DNA of 64,000 nucleotides from a virus (lineage: Duplodnaviria > Caudoviricetes), in IMG/VR virus record IMGVR_UViG_3300027566_000003. One strand, written 5' to 3'. Of the stretch, positions 44,820 through 54,860 are shown piece after piece. Within the stretch, counting starts at the first letter, position 1, and each line of letters opens with the position of its first letter. The notes beneath the pieces are model-generated. The model was given only the letters and a program-made list of their open reading frames with translations, was not told the DNA's origin and did not search any database. The translations under genes and the position numbers were made by a program.

Positions 44820-46820
44820 CTAATCTATTTCCCCTATCATCGTTAAAAATTCATTCTCTTGTAATACTTTAACTCCTGCGTCCAATGCTTTTTGAGTTTT
44901 TGAAGAACCTTTTAATTTTCCTACAACTAAAAAATCCAAAGATTTATTAAATCCATTTGCAAATTCTCCACCTAATCCCTCTACAATATTCTTTAATTCT
45001 TCCTTCTTATACGATTCGAACGTGCCTGTACAGTAACACTTTTTACCACTTAAAATACCGTCCACATCACTCACTTCCTTCTTTCCCTCACTCTTAAATG
45101 TAATGTATTCTAACAACCCTTCTACCAGTAAACGATGATCTTTATTATTGAAATAACTGTAAACACTATCAGATGTAATTGGACCAAAATCCTTTACTTT
45201 TAACAATTCTGTTTTTGTTGCATTCATAATATCATTTATATTATTATTGAAATGATTACATAAATTCTTTGAACCTCCTAACCCAATATCATCAATCCCC
45301 AGACTAAAAATAAATTGTTGCAATGTTGCAGTTTTACAATTTTCAATAGATTGAATTAGATTATTATATTTCTTGACTCCAAATTTAGGTAACTTGATTA
45401 TTTTCTCCCTTCTACTTTCAAGACTAAATAAATCCAAAACATTATCAATAATTCCATTTTTAATAAATAATTCTGCTGTCTTCTCACTAAATCCATCAAT
45501 ATTCATAGCTTGAAGACTACCAAAATGGTCTATTGATTTTACAATTTGTGCTTTACAGTTTAGTGAATTCATACAAAAATAATGTACCCCATCTTGAACT
45601 AATTCACTTCCACATGATTGACAATGTGTTGGCATTTTAATATCTGGCATATCATCTGTAACACTATCTTCCACAACACCTAAGACTTCAGGAATAACGT
45701 CATTTGAGCGTCTTATAAATATTGTTGCACCAATTTTAACCCCTTTGCGTTTAATATCATCCATACTGTTTAATGTTACATAATTTACAGTCGCTCCCAT
45801 CAATTCAACTGGTTCTACTAGACCTCTAGGAGTTACTTTTCCAGTTCTTCCTGTGTTGAATTCTGCATCCAATATTTCTGTTGTTGCCTCTTCTGACTCA
45901 TATTTATATGCAATTGCCCATCGAGGAAATTTTGTAGCAAATCCCATTAATTCTCTTGTTTGAATATCATTGATGCTTACTATTGCGCCATCTATTTCAT
46001 AATCTAAATTTGGTCTAAGTTTTTCAATTAATGCAATTTTCTCTTTAACTTCTTCAATAGTGTTGCAGAGATAATAATCTTGATCAACTGGCAATCTCAT
46101 ATCCTCAATGAATTTCATCATATCCATGTAAGTATTAAACTTTAATCCCTCGCTATAACCGATATCATAAAAGAAAGCATCTAAATTTTTATTAGCAGTT
46201 TCATTTGCATCTAAATTTTTGATTGCTCCAGATGCACCATTTCTTACATTTTTTAAAGGAATTTGAACAGCTTCATTATACTTATTAAATACACTTTTCT
46301 TCATATACGCTTCACCATGTACTTCTAATAAAATATCGCTGGGGATACTTAATGGAATTGATTTGATTGTTTTAACTTGTGCTGTAACTAATTCTCCTTT
46401 AATTCCACCAGTGCCTCTAGTTGCAGAAGACAATAGTATACCTTTGTATGTATTATTGATTGTGAGACCATCGAATTTTTTCTCTACAACATATTGAAGT
46501 TTTGGTAATTTATTTTGTTTTGCAAATTGTATATTTTTATTATGCCAAATATCAAGTTCTTCTATATTTTGTGCCTTATCCATCGAATATAATCTGGCTT
46601 TGTGTTCATGTTTCTCAAATTTATCTAATACAACGTCTCCAATTCTTTGTGTCGGACTGTCGGGAAGTATTACATTTAATTCTGCTTCTAAAGCTTCTAG
46701 TGACCGATATTTCGCGTCATACTCTTTGTCTGAGACACTTGGATTACTTAAAGTATAATATTCGTAAGAGTGCTTATTAAGTTCTTTTACAAGTTCTTTC
46801 ATTTGAATCATTTTATCCAT
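44820..46820 (-). CDS. ligA: NAD-dependent DNA ligase
   Basis: YYTLSNPSVSDKEYD, EKKFDGL, EVHGE, YEIDG, PRWAIAYKY, Zn finger, C-terminal BRCT. Confidence 0.96.
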   Translation of the reverse strand: MDKMIQMKELVKELNKHSYEYYTLSNPSVSDKEYDAKYRSLEALEAELNVILPDSPTQRIGDVVLDKFEKHEHKARLYSMDKAQNIEELDIWHNKNIQFAKQNKLPKLQYVVEKKFDGLTINNTYKGILLSSATRGTGGIKGELVTAQVKTIKSIPLSIPSDILLEVHGEAYMKKSVFNKYNEAVQIPLKNVRNGASGAIKNLDANETANKNLDAFFYDIGYSEGLKFNTYMDMMKFIEDMRLPVDQDYYLCNTIEEVKEKIALIEKLRPNLDYEIDGAIVSINDIQTRELMGFATKFPRWAIAYKYESEEATTEILDAEFNTGRTGKVTPRGLVEPVELMGATVNYVTLNSMDDIKRKGVKIGATIFIRRSNDVIPEVLGVVEDSVTDDMPDIKMPTHCQSCGSELVQDGVHYFCMNSLNCKAQIVKSIDHFGSLQAMNIDGFSEKTAELFIKNGIIDNVLDLFSLESRREKIIKLPKFGVKKYNNLIQSIENCKTATLQQFIFSLGIDDIGLGGSKNLCNHFNNNINDIMNATKTELLKVKDFGPITSDSVYSYFNNKDHRLLVEGLLEYITFKSEGKKEVSDVDGILSGKKCYCTGTFESYKKEELKNIVEGLGGEFANGFNKSLDFLVVGKLKGSSKTQKALDAGVKVLQENEFLTMIGEID

Positions 46821-46872
46821 TTACACATTCCTTCTTTCTTATATAAAAATTTAGACTTAATCCCTATGTTTA

Positions 46873-46901
46873 ATAATACATGAATTAAGTCACGATGTCA
46901 A
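46873..46901 (-). promoter_or_regulatory. sigma-A-like promoter for ligA
   Basis: TTGACA-17 bp-TATTAT. Confidence 0.65.
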
Positions 46902-47017
46902 ATATTTTATTTTTGTCTTTATACCCTCTAAAATCACAATTTTAAGGGAATTTATGGTCTTGAAAAACGGAGCATTTAAGAGTATAAGTGAGTATGAGAG
47001 AGGTTAGTTTTTATGTA

Positions 47018-47692
47018 TTATTTAATTAATGAGTTATTTAAATATGTATTATCAATTTCAATCCCTAAAAATTGTCTACCCATATCTTTTGCTACTTTTG
47101 CCACCACACAGCTACCCATGAATGGGTCGAGTATCACTTCGTTTTCTTTAGTACAACTTTCTATAATTGGTCTAATTAATTCTTCTGGTTTTTGAGTTGG
47201 ATGAACTTTATTTTTACCTCTTGGCATCACTACGTCAAATACTGTTTTCTGACCAAATTTTTCAAGTTTTCTATACCCACCCTTTCTAAACATAAGAATA
47301 AACTCACATGATTTATAGAAATAAGATGAAGGTACTGCATTTGTTTTATTCATTACTAAAAGTTCACAAAATACAAAACCTGCTTTCTCACATTCATCCC
47401 AAATTACTCTCATATTTCTATCATTTGTCATAATAAATATGTAACTACTATTTTTCATAATGGGATATAAAAGAGGTATCCATTCACTAAATTCTGGCGT
47501 TTTATAATTAAAGCATTCTCCTGATGTCGTGAATGGATTCTCACCATCATTGTTTCTTAGAAGTGAATTCTTTCTACCTCCAGCCACTAATTTATATGGA
47601 GGATCTGTAAAAATCATATCAATACTTTCTGGAAGAATATTTTTCAATCCTTCAATTGCATCTATATTATGTACTTTATTTAATTCTAATAT
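47018..47692 (-). CDS. Orphan DNA methyltransferase (N6A/N4C, beta class); probable ATA/ATT start
   Basis: FTDPPY, HPTQKP, DPFMGS; N-terminal LNKVHNIDAIEGL lies above the track TTG, behind AAGAGGT. Confidence 0.9.
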   Translation of the reverse strand: MLELNKVHNIDAIEGLKNILPESIDMIFTDPPYKLVAGGRKNSLLRNNDGENPFTTSGECFNYKTPEFSEWIPLLYPIMKNSSYIFIMTNDRNMRVIWDECEKAGFVFCELLVMNKTNAVPSSYFYKSCEFILMFRKGGYRKLEKFGQKTVFDVVMPRGKNKVHPTQKPEELIRPIIESCTKENEVILDPFMGSCVVAKVAKDMGRQFLGIEIDNTYLNNSLIK

Positions 47693-47756
47693 CTTAATTA
47701 CCTCTTTCTTATTTATTATTTTATTTTTATTTACAAATTAGCATGAAACTTCTCAT

Positions 47757-48002
47757 TTATTTGCTCATATCGACTGGCACAAATCTATATTCCTGTTTAT
47801 ATAAACCCTTTGTAACATCATCCAATTCTTCCACGAACATAGCAAATGGTCTAACATAACACTCATAATCACTATATAAAGCATGGTATACAACCATTAA
47901 TTCATTTGTTTCTGTATGCTCTGCTAAATCCATAACATAATAATAATTTCCTTTATAATGTCTATAAACTTTATTTGTCTCAAATTCTTCAATGTTTATT
48001 AT
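47757..48002 (-). CDS. DUF1653-like protein; not in ORF track; ATA start
   Basis: VYRHYKGNYYYV...AEHTETNELMVVYHALY...YVRPFAMF; frame is closed by TAA immediately upstream. Confidence 0.8.
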   Translation of the reverse strand: MINIEEFETNKVYRHYKGNYYYVMDLAEHTETNELMVVYHALYSDYECYVRPFAMFVEELDDVTKGLYKQEYRFVPVDMSK

Positions 48003-48405
48003 TTATTCATCAATCCCTTTTACATTATAATCACCGTATTCCATATCTTCATCCTTTAAAAGTTTCTCTACAACTGGATACCCTAACTCCTTCAATAACC
48101 TAATCCAATCTTCATTTGAGACTCTATGCCCTTCACGTACAAAATCTTCACCTAAATTTACTTGTAATACCTCCCAATCTCCTGATTCACAAGTTATTAA
48201 TTCAATTAATGGTTTAATCATCTTATATCTCTCCTCCATACTTACCAAACTCCAACTAATAGGTGATGGGCAACTACCCATAAGTTCTTTTAGTTGTTTT
48301 TTCTTTTCAGGTGTAAGACCAGACATAAACCCTCCTTTCTAAATAGCTCAAAATCCTGATTTCATAGGAAATATGTATTTCTAAAAGTGGCTTATAGCAA
48401 TGGTT

Positions 48406-49185
48406 TCAGGCTATGCTCTCTAATCTAATTTTAGTTAATTCGCAATATTTTTCTTCTAATTCAATTCCTATACTTTTTCTATGTAAATTCCTGGCTGAAA
48501 CAGATGTACTTCCACTCCCGCAAAAAGGATCTAATATTATATCATTTATATTACTACTAATTTCTATAAACCAATTTAAACACTCAATATTTTTCTCTGT
48601 AGGATGAATTAAATCTTCATTTTGATTTGAAACATTTACTGTAGATTTTGGATATGTATTATAATTTGTATCAAACCAAACATTAGGTAATCTTGTTCTG
48701 TATTCACTTGCTCCCTTTCTACCATCTGTCTTAGCTAGTTGTGTTTTATTAAACTTTCTTCTGCCTTTGTTAGCATATATTATGTATTCACAATCATTTG
48801 CGTATTGAGCTTGTAAATCACCGTTCCCTCCCTTCTGTCCTTTTTGAAGAACTAAAAGGTTTTTTACTTTAAATCCACTTTTCACCAAACACTGATACAT
48901 TAATGGGTATACGTCATATCTTGTAAAACAATAGAACGCTGAATTATCTTTTAGTGTTTTATAGCATTGATCTGAAAAATTTTGAAACCAATCAAGGTTG
49001 TCATCATTTTTTATTTTATCTAATTTATTGCCATTTCTTCCCCAATTACTTTGATATTCTATTCCATACGGAGGGTCAGTTAATATCATATCTACTTGAA
49101 TACTTTTTTCTATCATATTATTTAAAACTTCACTACAATCACCATGAATAAGTTTCGCATATTCATCTTTATAATATAATTTCAA
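48406..49185 (-). CDS. Orphan DNA methyltransferase (N6A/N4C, beta class)
   Basis: LTDPPYG, HPTEKN, DPFCGSGST. Confidence 0.92.
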   Translation of the reverse strand: MKLYYKDEYAKLIHGDCSEVLNNMIEKSIQVDMILTDPPYGIEYQSNWGRNGNKLDKIKNDDNLDWFQNFSDQCYKTLKDNSAFYCFTRYDVYPLMYQCLVKSGFKVKNLLVLQKGQKGGNGDLQAQYANDCEYIIYANKGRRKFNKTQLAKTDGRKGASEYRTRLPNVWFDTNYNTYPKSTVNVSNQNEDLIHPTEKNIECLNWFIEISSNINDIILDPFCGSGSTSVSARNLHRKSIGIELEEKYCELTKIRLESIA

Positions 49186-49240
49186 ATATTTTATTCCTCC
49201 TAATGATTATTTTTGTCTATTTAAGTATAGAATACATTTT

Positions 49241-49579
49241 TTATAGCAACTGCAATCTCTTCACAAATTTCTGTGCGTCGCTTTTTAACATAGGTGGCAA
49301 TCCTACCACCGTAAGACTTCCATAAGGAATTTCGGTTAACCCATTATCTCTTATAAAATAAAATCCTTGCCCAATTAATTTTTCCAAATCTTTTTGTTTT
49401 CCTCGTAAAATAATTTTCTTTTGATCTGATTCATACCATTGCCAAAACAAATCCCATCGTTTGTTGTTTTTGCCTATCGCAATCATTGTTGCAACATGAC
49501 CAACTTGTGCAGCAATCTTGCCACAACTCATGTTTAATTCAGAATTCACAACAAAATATTCTACTAGTTCATCGTCCAT
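49241..49579 (-). CDS. Peptidyl-tRNA hydrolase, Pth2 type (copy 1)
   Basis: NSELNMSCGKIAAQVGH, QKKIILRG, IRDNGLTEIP..SLTVVGLPP. Confidence 0.88.
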   Translation of the reverse strand: MDDELVEYFVVNSELNMSCGKIAAQVGHVATMIAIGKNNKRWDLFWQWYESDQKKIILRGKQKDLEKLIGQGFYFIRDNGLTEIPYGSLTVVGLPPMLKSDAQKFVKRLQLL

Positions 49580-50330
49580 TTTTAAACCTCCTTATTCTGA
49601 TTCTTATAATGATACATAATTATCTTATCCAATGCACATTGATACTCTCTCAACTCATTTTCTACTTGCACAATCTTGTCAGACAGTAAGCAATCAGGCT
49701 CTTCACCATGAACAAATGTGTTTAATAATTCACAAAATCCACAATTATCTGATATGTATTTTAGTTTACATGCTTCTTTGATGCATTTCATATTAATCAC
49801 CCTTTCTTATTTTTCTTAATAATCCTTCTAATCCACTCACAAGGTTTTTCACAAATATTATTTTCAACACAAAAATAACAACATCTTTTATCTTCATATT
49901 TCCAACAAATAATTCTGCACTTATTATCTTTTGTCGTTAGATTACATGTGTTTCCCATCATCCTTTCCATCTCCTTATTTATTAAATTTTATTTATGTAT
50001 TAGATTTAGATATTACTCCACAATAAATTGGCTATCGCATCGATAACAAATCCAATAAGGGATTTCTACTTTTAAATCTCTATTATGAATAATTGATCCA
50101 CAAAATGGACATTTATTATTAATCCATAAAAAATCTTGTTCTTCAGAATTTAGTTCTTCTATTTTAACTAATTTGCTCATTTTTTATTGCGTCTCCTTTC
50201 TATCTTTATTAGTGTATAATTATGACTACATTGGGCATTATAACTTTGTCAACAAAAATGCTCTCGTCTTACATCCAACCTTGCCTTACTTTTGGGTAAG
50301 GTCTTTTTATTATATTAAGGAGTGATTGAA

Positions 50331-50423
50331 ATGAGATTTAAAAGAATTGTAATTACAATTTTAGGGATTGTGGTAATAATTACTCCATTTGTAAGTATGT
50401 TAATTTATCACTATTTGAGATGA
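50331..50423 (+). CDS. 30-aa single-TM peptide; the only credible plus-strand gene
   Basis: AAGGAG-8 nt-ATG; MRFKRIVITILGIVVIITPFVSMLIYHYLR*. Confidence 0.6.
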   Translation: MRFKRIVITILGIVVIITPFVSMLIYHYLR

Positions 50424-50863
50424 ATTTTACCCTTAAATTTAACGTAAACCAAATACTAGGACTATCTGATTTAAAAGTTTAAATAACAACCATACACCCA
50501 CACCAAACAGCAATAAAGACACAAAACGTGAAATAATTTTATCTAATGTATTAATAATTATATTTAATTTTACATATGGTAATAACTCTTTTGACATATT
50601 GTTGATTAGTTGTTTCATATTAATCACTCCTTTCGCATTTTAAATAATTGATCTTTTAAATTATCAATAGTATCAAATAAATCTCTAACCATATCATTAG
50701 CTCCACCAATAAGATTAAATAACCCATATTTATTGCATACATCAATTAAACCACAACATGGATTTTTAAGTGTACATTTCATACAATTATTGTTATCTTC
50801 CTCATCTATTGGGCCAAGAATTAGAACTTCTAGTTTTATTAATTCTTCATTACTTAATATCAT

Positions 50864-51313
50864 TTATTTGCTCAATCCTTTCTTTGCAATTTCACTCGCC
50901 ATCTTTCCATTGTACTTTCCACCATGCAATAATTTTAGCATACCCATAACCTCTCTCATTAGTTTTGGAGATTTATCTTGTATCGAAGTCAATCCTTTAA
51001 TTATACCTCTGATAACATGACCAAGTTCATCTTCACTCATTTTCTTAGGTAAATACTTACTTAAAACTTTAATTTCTGAAACAATATTACAAGTATCTTT
51101 ATTATTTTTCAAAAGAATTGTTTGAATCTCATTTGCATTCTTAACAAACTTCTCAACGACTTGTAATACTTCTGCATCTGTAGATTCTCTGTTTCCGGCA
51201 TTCTTTCCTACCATAGAAGCTTCAGAATATAGGGTTGTTAATAATGTTGCGGTATCAGTTTTTCGAGCCTTACGTGCCTCAAGAGAGTCTGATTTAATTT
51301 GTTCTAATAACAT
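50864..51313 (-). CDS. GatB/YqeY-domain protein
   Basis: MLLEQIKSDSLEARKAR...EIKVLSKYLPKKMSEDEL...MREVMGML...GK; ATG at 51313 after GAGG. Confidence 0.8.
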   Translation of the reverse strand: MLLEQIKSDSLEARKARKTDTATLLTTLYSEASMVGKNAGNRESTDAEVLQVVEKFVKNANEIQTILLKNNKDTCNIVSEIKVLSKYLPKKMSEDELGHVIRGIIKGLTSIQDKSPKLMREVMGMLKLLHGGKYNGKMASEIAKKGLSK

Positions 51314-52660
51314 TTTTATTTTACCTCTTTCTATGATTGATTTGGACAATACCATACTCTCAATTCCAGTGAATTACAAAATGGGTTATCACAGTTTTCA
51401 CATGGCATCCAATTAGTTTCGCTTTTCAATTGACTCTCAGCAAAACCATAATAAATTTGAAATTTTTCTTCACTACATTCAATCTCTTTATCTTTCATGA
51501 ATTCTATAATCTCAATAGATAATTGCTTATTTTTTAACTTTTAGAAATCACCTCCTTCCATATAAAATTCCTATTATTTTTATCACCTCAATATATTAAA
51601 TATCTCAGTACGATTCTCTAAAATAAAATCAATCACATCTTGACATTCCAATTCATGTGGATAATGGTTTTTAACATAATCGCTTAATTCTTTTGCAATG
51701 TCTTTGCCATGAACCACTTCATATTCATCTGGACGAATAATTATATTTCCCATATCTTTGACAAAAACAATTGCAGATTTATCTTTAGTATTAAATGTTT
51801 CGACATCGAATACTTGACCAATATATTTTTTAATATTTGTGATATTACTATTATAATTAGGATTGTTTTTAGTAATTTTTATTCTCATTATAGTTCTCTC
51901 CTTTATTCTGTGACTTCTGGTTTATAATATTCAAACTGATAAATTATTGTATCATTCTCTTCTTCATTTAATTCACTTTCATCTTCCATTCCATCTCTAC
52001 AATAATAATCTCTATATGGATTTTCGTTACATTCCCACTCGCCAGTCGTTTTCCAATGATCAAATAATTTTTGATGTAAGCTATGATCTAAATCAAAGGA
52101 AGAGGTAAAATTTGGGTCACTCATAAAATTAGTAGGAACTATAGCAAAAGTTTTTATGAATTCTATCCAACAATTATCACATATTTCTGATTTACAGTTA
52201 CCATATTCTCCTAAAGGAGTATTTGAGGATTGAATTCTATCATCATATATTTCAAATGGGAGACCACATTTATTACACACCTTACCTACAGGAATTTGTT
52301 TAATTTCTGTTACCTCAACTGGTTTAGTGATAATCATAAGTCCTTCACTCTTCTTTCTAGATATTTATTTTATACTTTAAGAAGACACGTAGTTAATAAT
52401 AAATACTTGAATCCCAATACTCACAAATTAAACAATCACCTTGTCTGGAAATTCTAAAATTACCTTTGTTTAATTTCTTCTTTTCAATCATTTCTCTTTC
52501 TAAGGCTGTAGTTTTCTTAATTCTTTTTTTTTCATTAAAAAATCTTAAACCAATATAGACATTATAGTCATTTTTCACAGGAAAATCTAAAGGACTAATC
52601 ATCTTGATCCCTTCCCCTCTTCATATTTTTATTTTTGTCTTTATATTTTATTCTATGTAA

Positions 52661-53209
52661 TTATTTTAGTATTGTTACAGTAGCGGTTGTAACTCCAAAT
52701 ATATTTGCCATTTTAGTAGACTTTCTGAAATCACCAATAAACAAATCGATGTGGTTATTTTTTATTAAACCACCTTGATCCAATGCATAATACACATTAT
52801 TATACTTTGTATATTTAGGATCATTAAAAACAATTTTTACTTTGCTGCCAGTTGGGATAATTTTAGGATCTGTTGAAATTACTCTTGCTGAAGATAATGT
52901 ATGCCCTTTTAAATCAAATCCAGAACTAGTGATACCATACTGTGAATTATTTCTTGATTTCTGACAAGATTGGTAAGACAAGTCATACGCCGACACTATG
53001 ACTTCAATTGATGGAATTGGTTTCTTTGTAGTATAATGTTGCGTTTTATGGATTTCATTAATTGGAAAATTTGTTTTAAACTTATATTTCTCTGTTTTAA
53101 TATTGTTTTCAATAATATTATGATTACCTGCTTGACTAACAACTAAAGTAGTGAAGATACACACAAAGATTCCGAATCTTCGTGCTGTGATTAGTTTAGT
53201 TTTCTTCAA
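52661..53209 (-). CDS. Secreted or membrane-anchored 3D-domain protein (peptidoglycan-associated)
   Basis: N-terminal hydrophobic segment; VSAYD, GITSSG, STDPKIIPTGS, ALDQGGLIKNNHIDLF. Confidence 0.85.
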   Translation of the reverse strand: MKKTKLITARRFGIFVCIFTTLVVSQAGNHNIIENNIKTEKYKFKTNFPINEIHKTQHYTTKKPIPSIEVIVSAYDLSYQSCQKSRNNSQYGITSSGFDLKGHTLSSARVISTDPKIIPTGSKVKIVFNDPKYTKYNNVYYALDQGGLIKNNHIDLFIGDFRKSTKMANIFGVTTATVTILK

Positions 53210-53875
53210 TTTTAGTTTCCTCTTTCGTATGTATTTTATTTTTGTTTGATTAGTTGAAATATAAGAGAGAAGGGGCTATTGCCCCATATATTCAATTTTT
53301 CTTTTAATATAATCATCCATCGTCATTCCTCCTTTTATTATTTCATATTTAAATGGACATTTTTTTATCCCCATCTTATGCTCTTTAATCATTACTTCCA
53401 TAATATCAATTTTTTCTATATGGAATTGTATACCAAATTTTATTTTAATTCCCTTATCTCGGAGAACATGCAAACATGTGATTGCATCTAATTCGCTAGA
53501 GTATGTATAAAATCCATTTATAAGCTGTTCTGAAGAAGAATATATATCTTGCTTAGTGATTTCGTCAAATGTAATAGAATTTATCCCCACATAATTCCCC
53601 TTACTGTCCTTAAGCGCATACTCTTCTATTTTCCTCATTACATCTTCTCCTCTTATTTTTATAGTGAAACCAAAACACTTGTTCCTTTCTACACATTGTT
53701 TTAGAACTGTAGTTCGTTCTATGTGTACATACATTATCCCACCTTTCATACTTAATATCAACTTTTTCTTTCCCCTTTATTAGTCAGTCTTTCGACAAAA
53801 TATTACTTTTTAACTAATTTTATTTTTTACCTTATGACAATTTTAAATTTTGGTTAGGGAATCTAACCCCAAATA

Positions 53876-54859
53876 TTACTTTGGGGTTAGACTACTTTTG
53901 TAACTGTCATACATTTCCTTTAAAGAGTTGCCATTTCTTTCATCCAATTCTAAATTCCTGTATAGTTGTTTAAAGTGATCCGGCTTCAATTCCCCTAATT
54001 CTTTCTCCATTGATAAGCATTTATCTAATAAACCACTTTTAAATATAAGAGTTGGTGTTAAGAACTTTACATTTAAATAACTTCTAAAATTTCTAAATCT
54101 TGAACTAATATTTCCTGGAGTCATTCTATCATCATCGCTAAAGAATACGTCCATAGACCTAATAATAAAGGGGGTATCCTTTAGTGGTAAAATAGAAAAT
54201 GTGTCTGTTGCATCACCATTTGATTTATGATAATATTCTTCCTTAGATGCTGCTATTAGGATATCCATAGTTCTTTGATCCACTTGAACTTTTCTTGGTG
54301 AAGGATTTTTAATTAAGTCATCGGGGTCTTTAATAACATTCACTATATTAAATTCTGGAATAAGATCAGTCTTTTTGAGATTTCTTATTTCTTCATAGGA
54401 AAATCCCTCTTTAGTTCTGCCTCTTATTCCTTCGTATAGTAATGCTATTAATGCTTTGTCAACGTAGTTGTGGAGTCTGTTGCAGTAGTCATACATTTGA
54501 TCTCTTGAAATAAATGAATTTTTTTGAGCAACTTTATGGATGTATTTTTTTAAGTCTTCCTTGTTGACTAGTTTCAAAACATTCATTGAAGAATAGTGTT
54601 TATCCAAACAGCACCAGTCTAAATATTGCATAATAATTGCATAAGCTACACCCATTGATCTAAGAGATTTCTTTTTCATTCCAATTAATAAGTCTTTAAT
54701 TTCTTCGTAACTAAAACTACACAAATCTTTATCTAGTTCATACTCAAATCTTCCTACGCTTCTTAAAATAGAAGTGTTTGTTGATCTGGTTGATTCATTT
54801 GGATATTTCTCATTTAAGAAGCAATTTTTACGATCTTCATTAAATAATTTATGATCCAT
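53876..54859 (-). CDS. Integrase-fold repressor, SPbeta YopR/MrpR/SroF-like (327 aa; true ATG at 54859)
   Basis: FNEDRKNCFL...DKDLCSFS...QYLDWC (SAM-like N-terminus), ALIALLYEGI, KFLTPTLIFKSG (recalled YopR: FLTPNTIVRSG); HxxR box degenerate; coupled to the upstream gene. Confidence 0.75.
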   Translation of the reverse strand: MDHKLFNEDRKNCFLNEKYPNESTRSTNTSILRSVGRFEYELDKDLCSFSYEEIKDLLIGMKKKSLRSMGVAYAIIMQYLDWCCLDKHYSSMNVLKLVNKEDLKKYIHKVAQKNSFISRDQMYDYCNRLHNYVDKALIALLYEGIRGRTKEGFSYEEIRNLKKTDLIPEFNIVNVIKDPDDLIKNPSPRKVQVDQRTMDILIAASKEEYYHKSNGDATDTFSILPLKDTPFIIRSMDVFFSDDDRMTPGNISSRFRNFRSYLNVKFLTPTLIFKSGLLDKCLSMEKELGELKPDHFKQLYRNLELDERNGNSLKEMYDSYKSSLTPK

Positions 54860-54860
54860 T

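Noticed and set aside
50215-50270. Fourth copy of the GAGCATTT element and a TTGACA promoter
   Set aside because: Only about 10 bp match, in the opposite orientation, and no properly spaced -10 box.
53862-53891. 12-bp inverted repeat at the sroF-like stop as an intrinsic terminator
   Set aside because: A real palindrome, but it overlaps coding codons and has no U-tract on the sense strand; function is unsupported.
53876-54859. Calling this gene the prophage integrase
   Set aside because: The HxxR catalytic box is degenerate, and both context and motifs match the YopR/SroF repressor; no att site is evident nearby.
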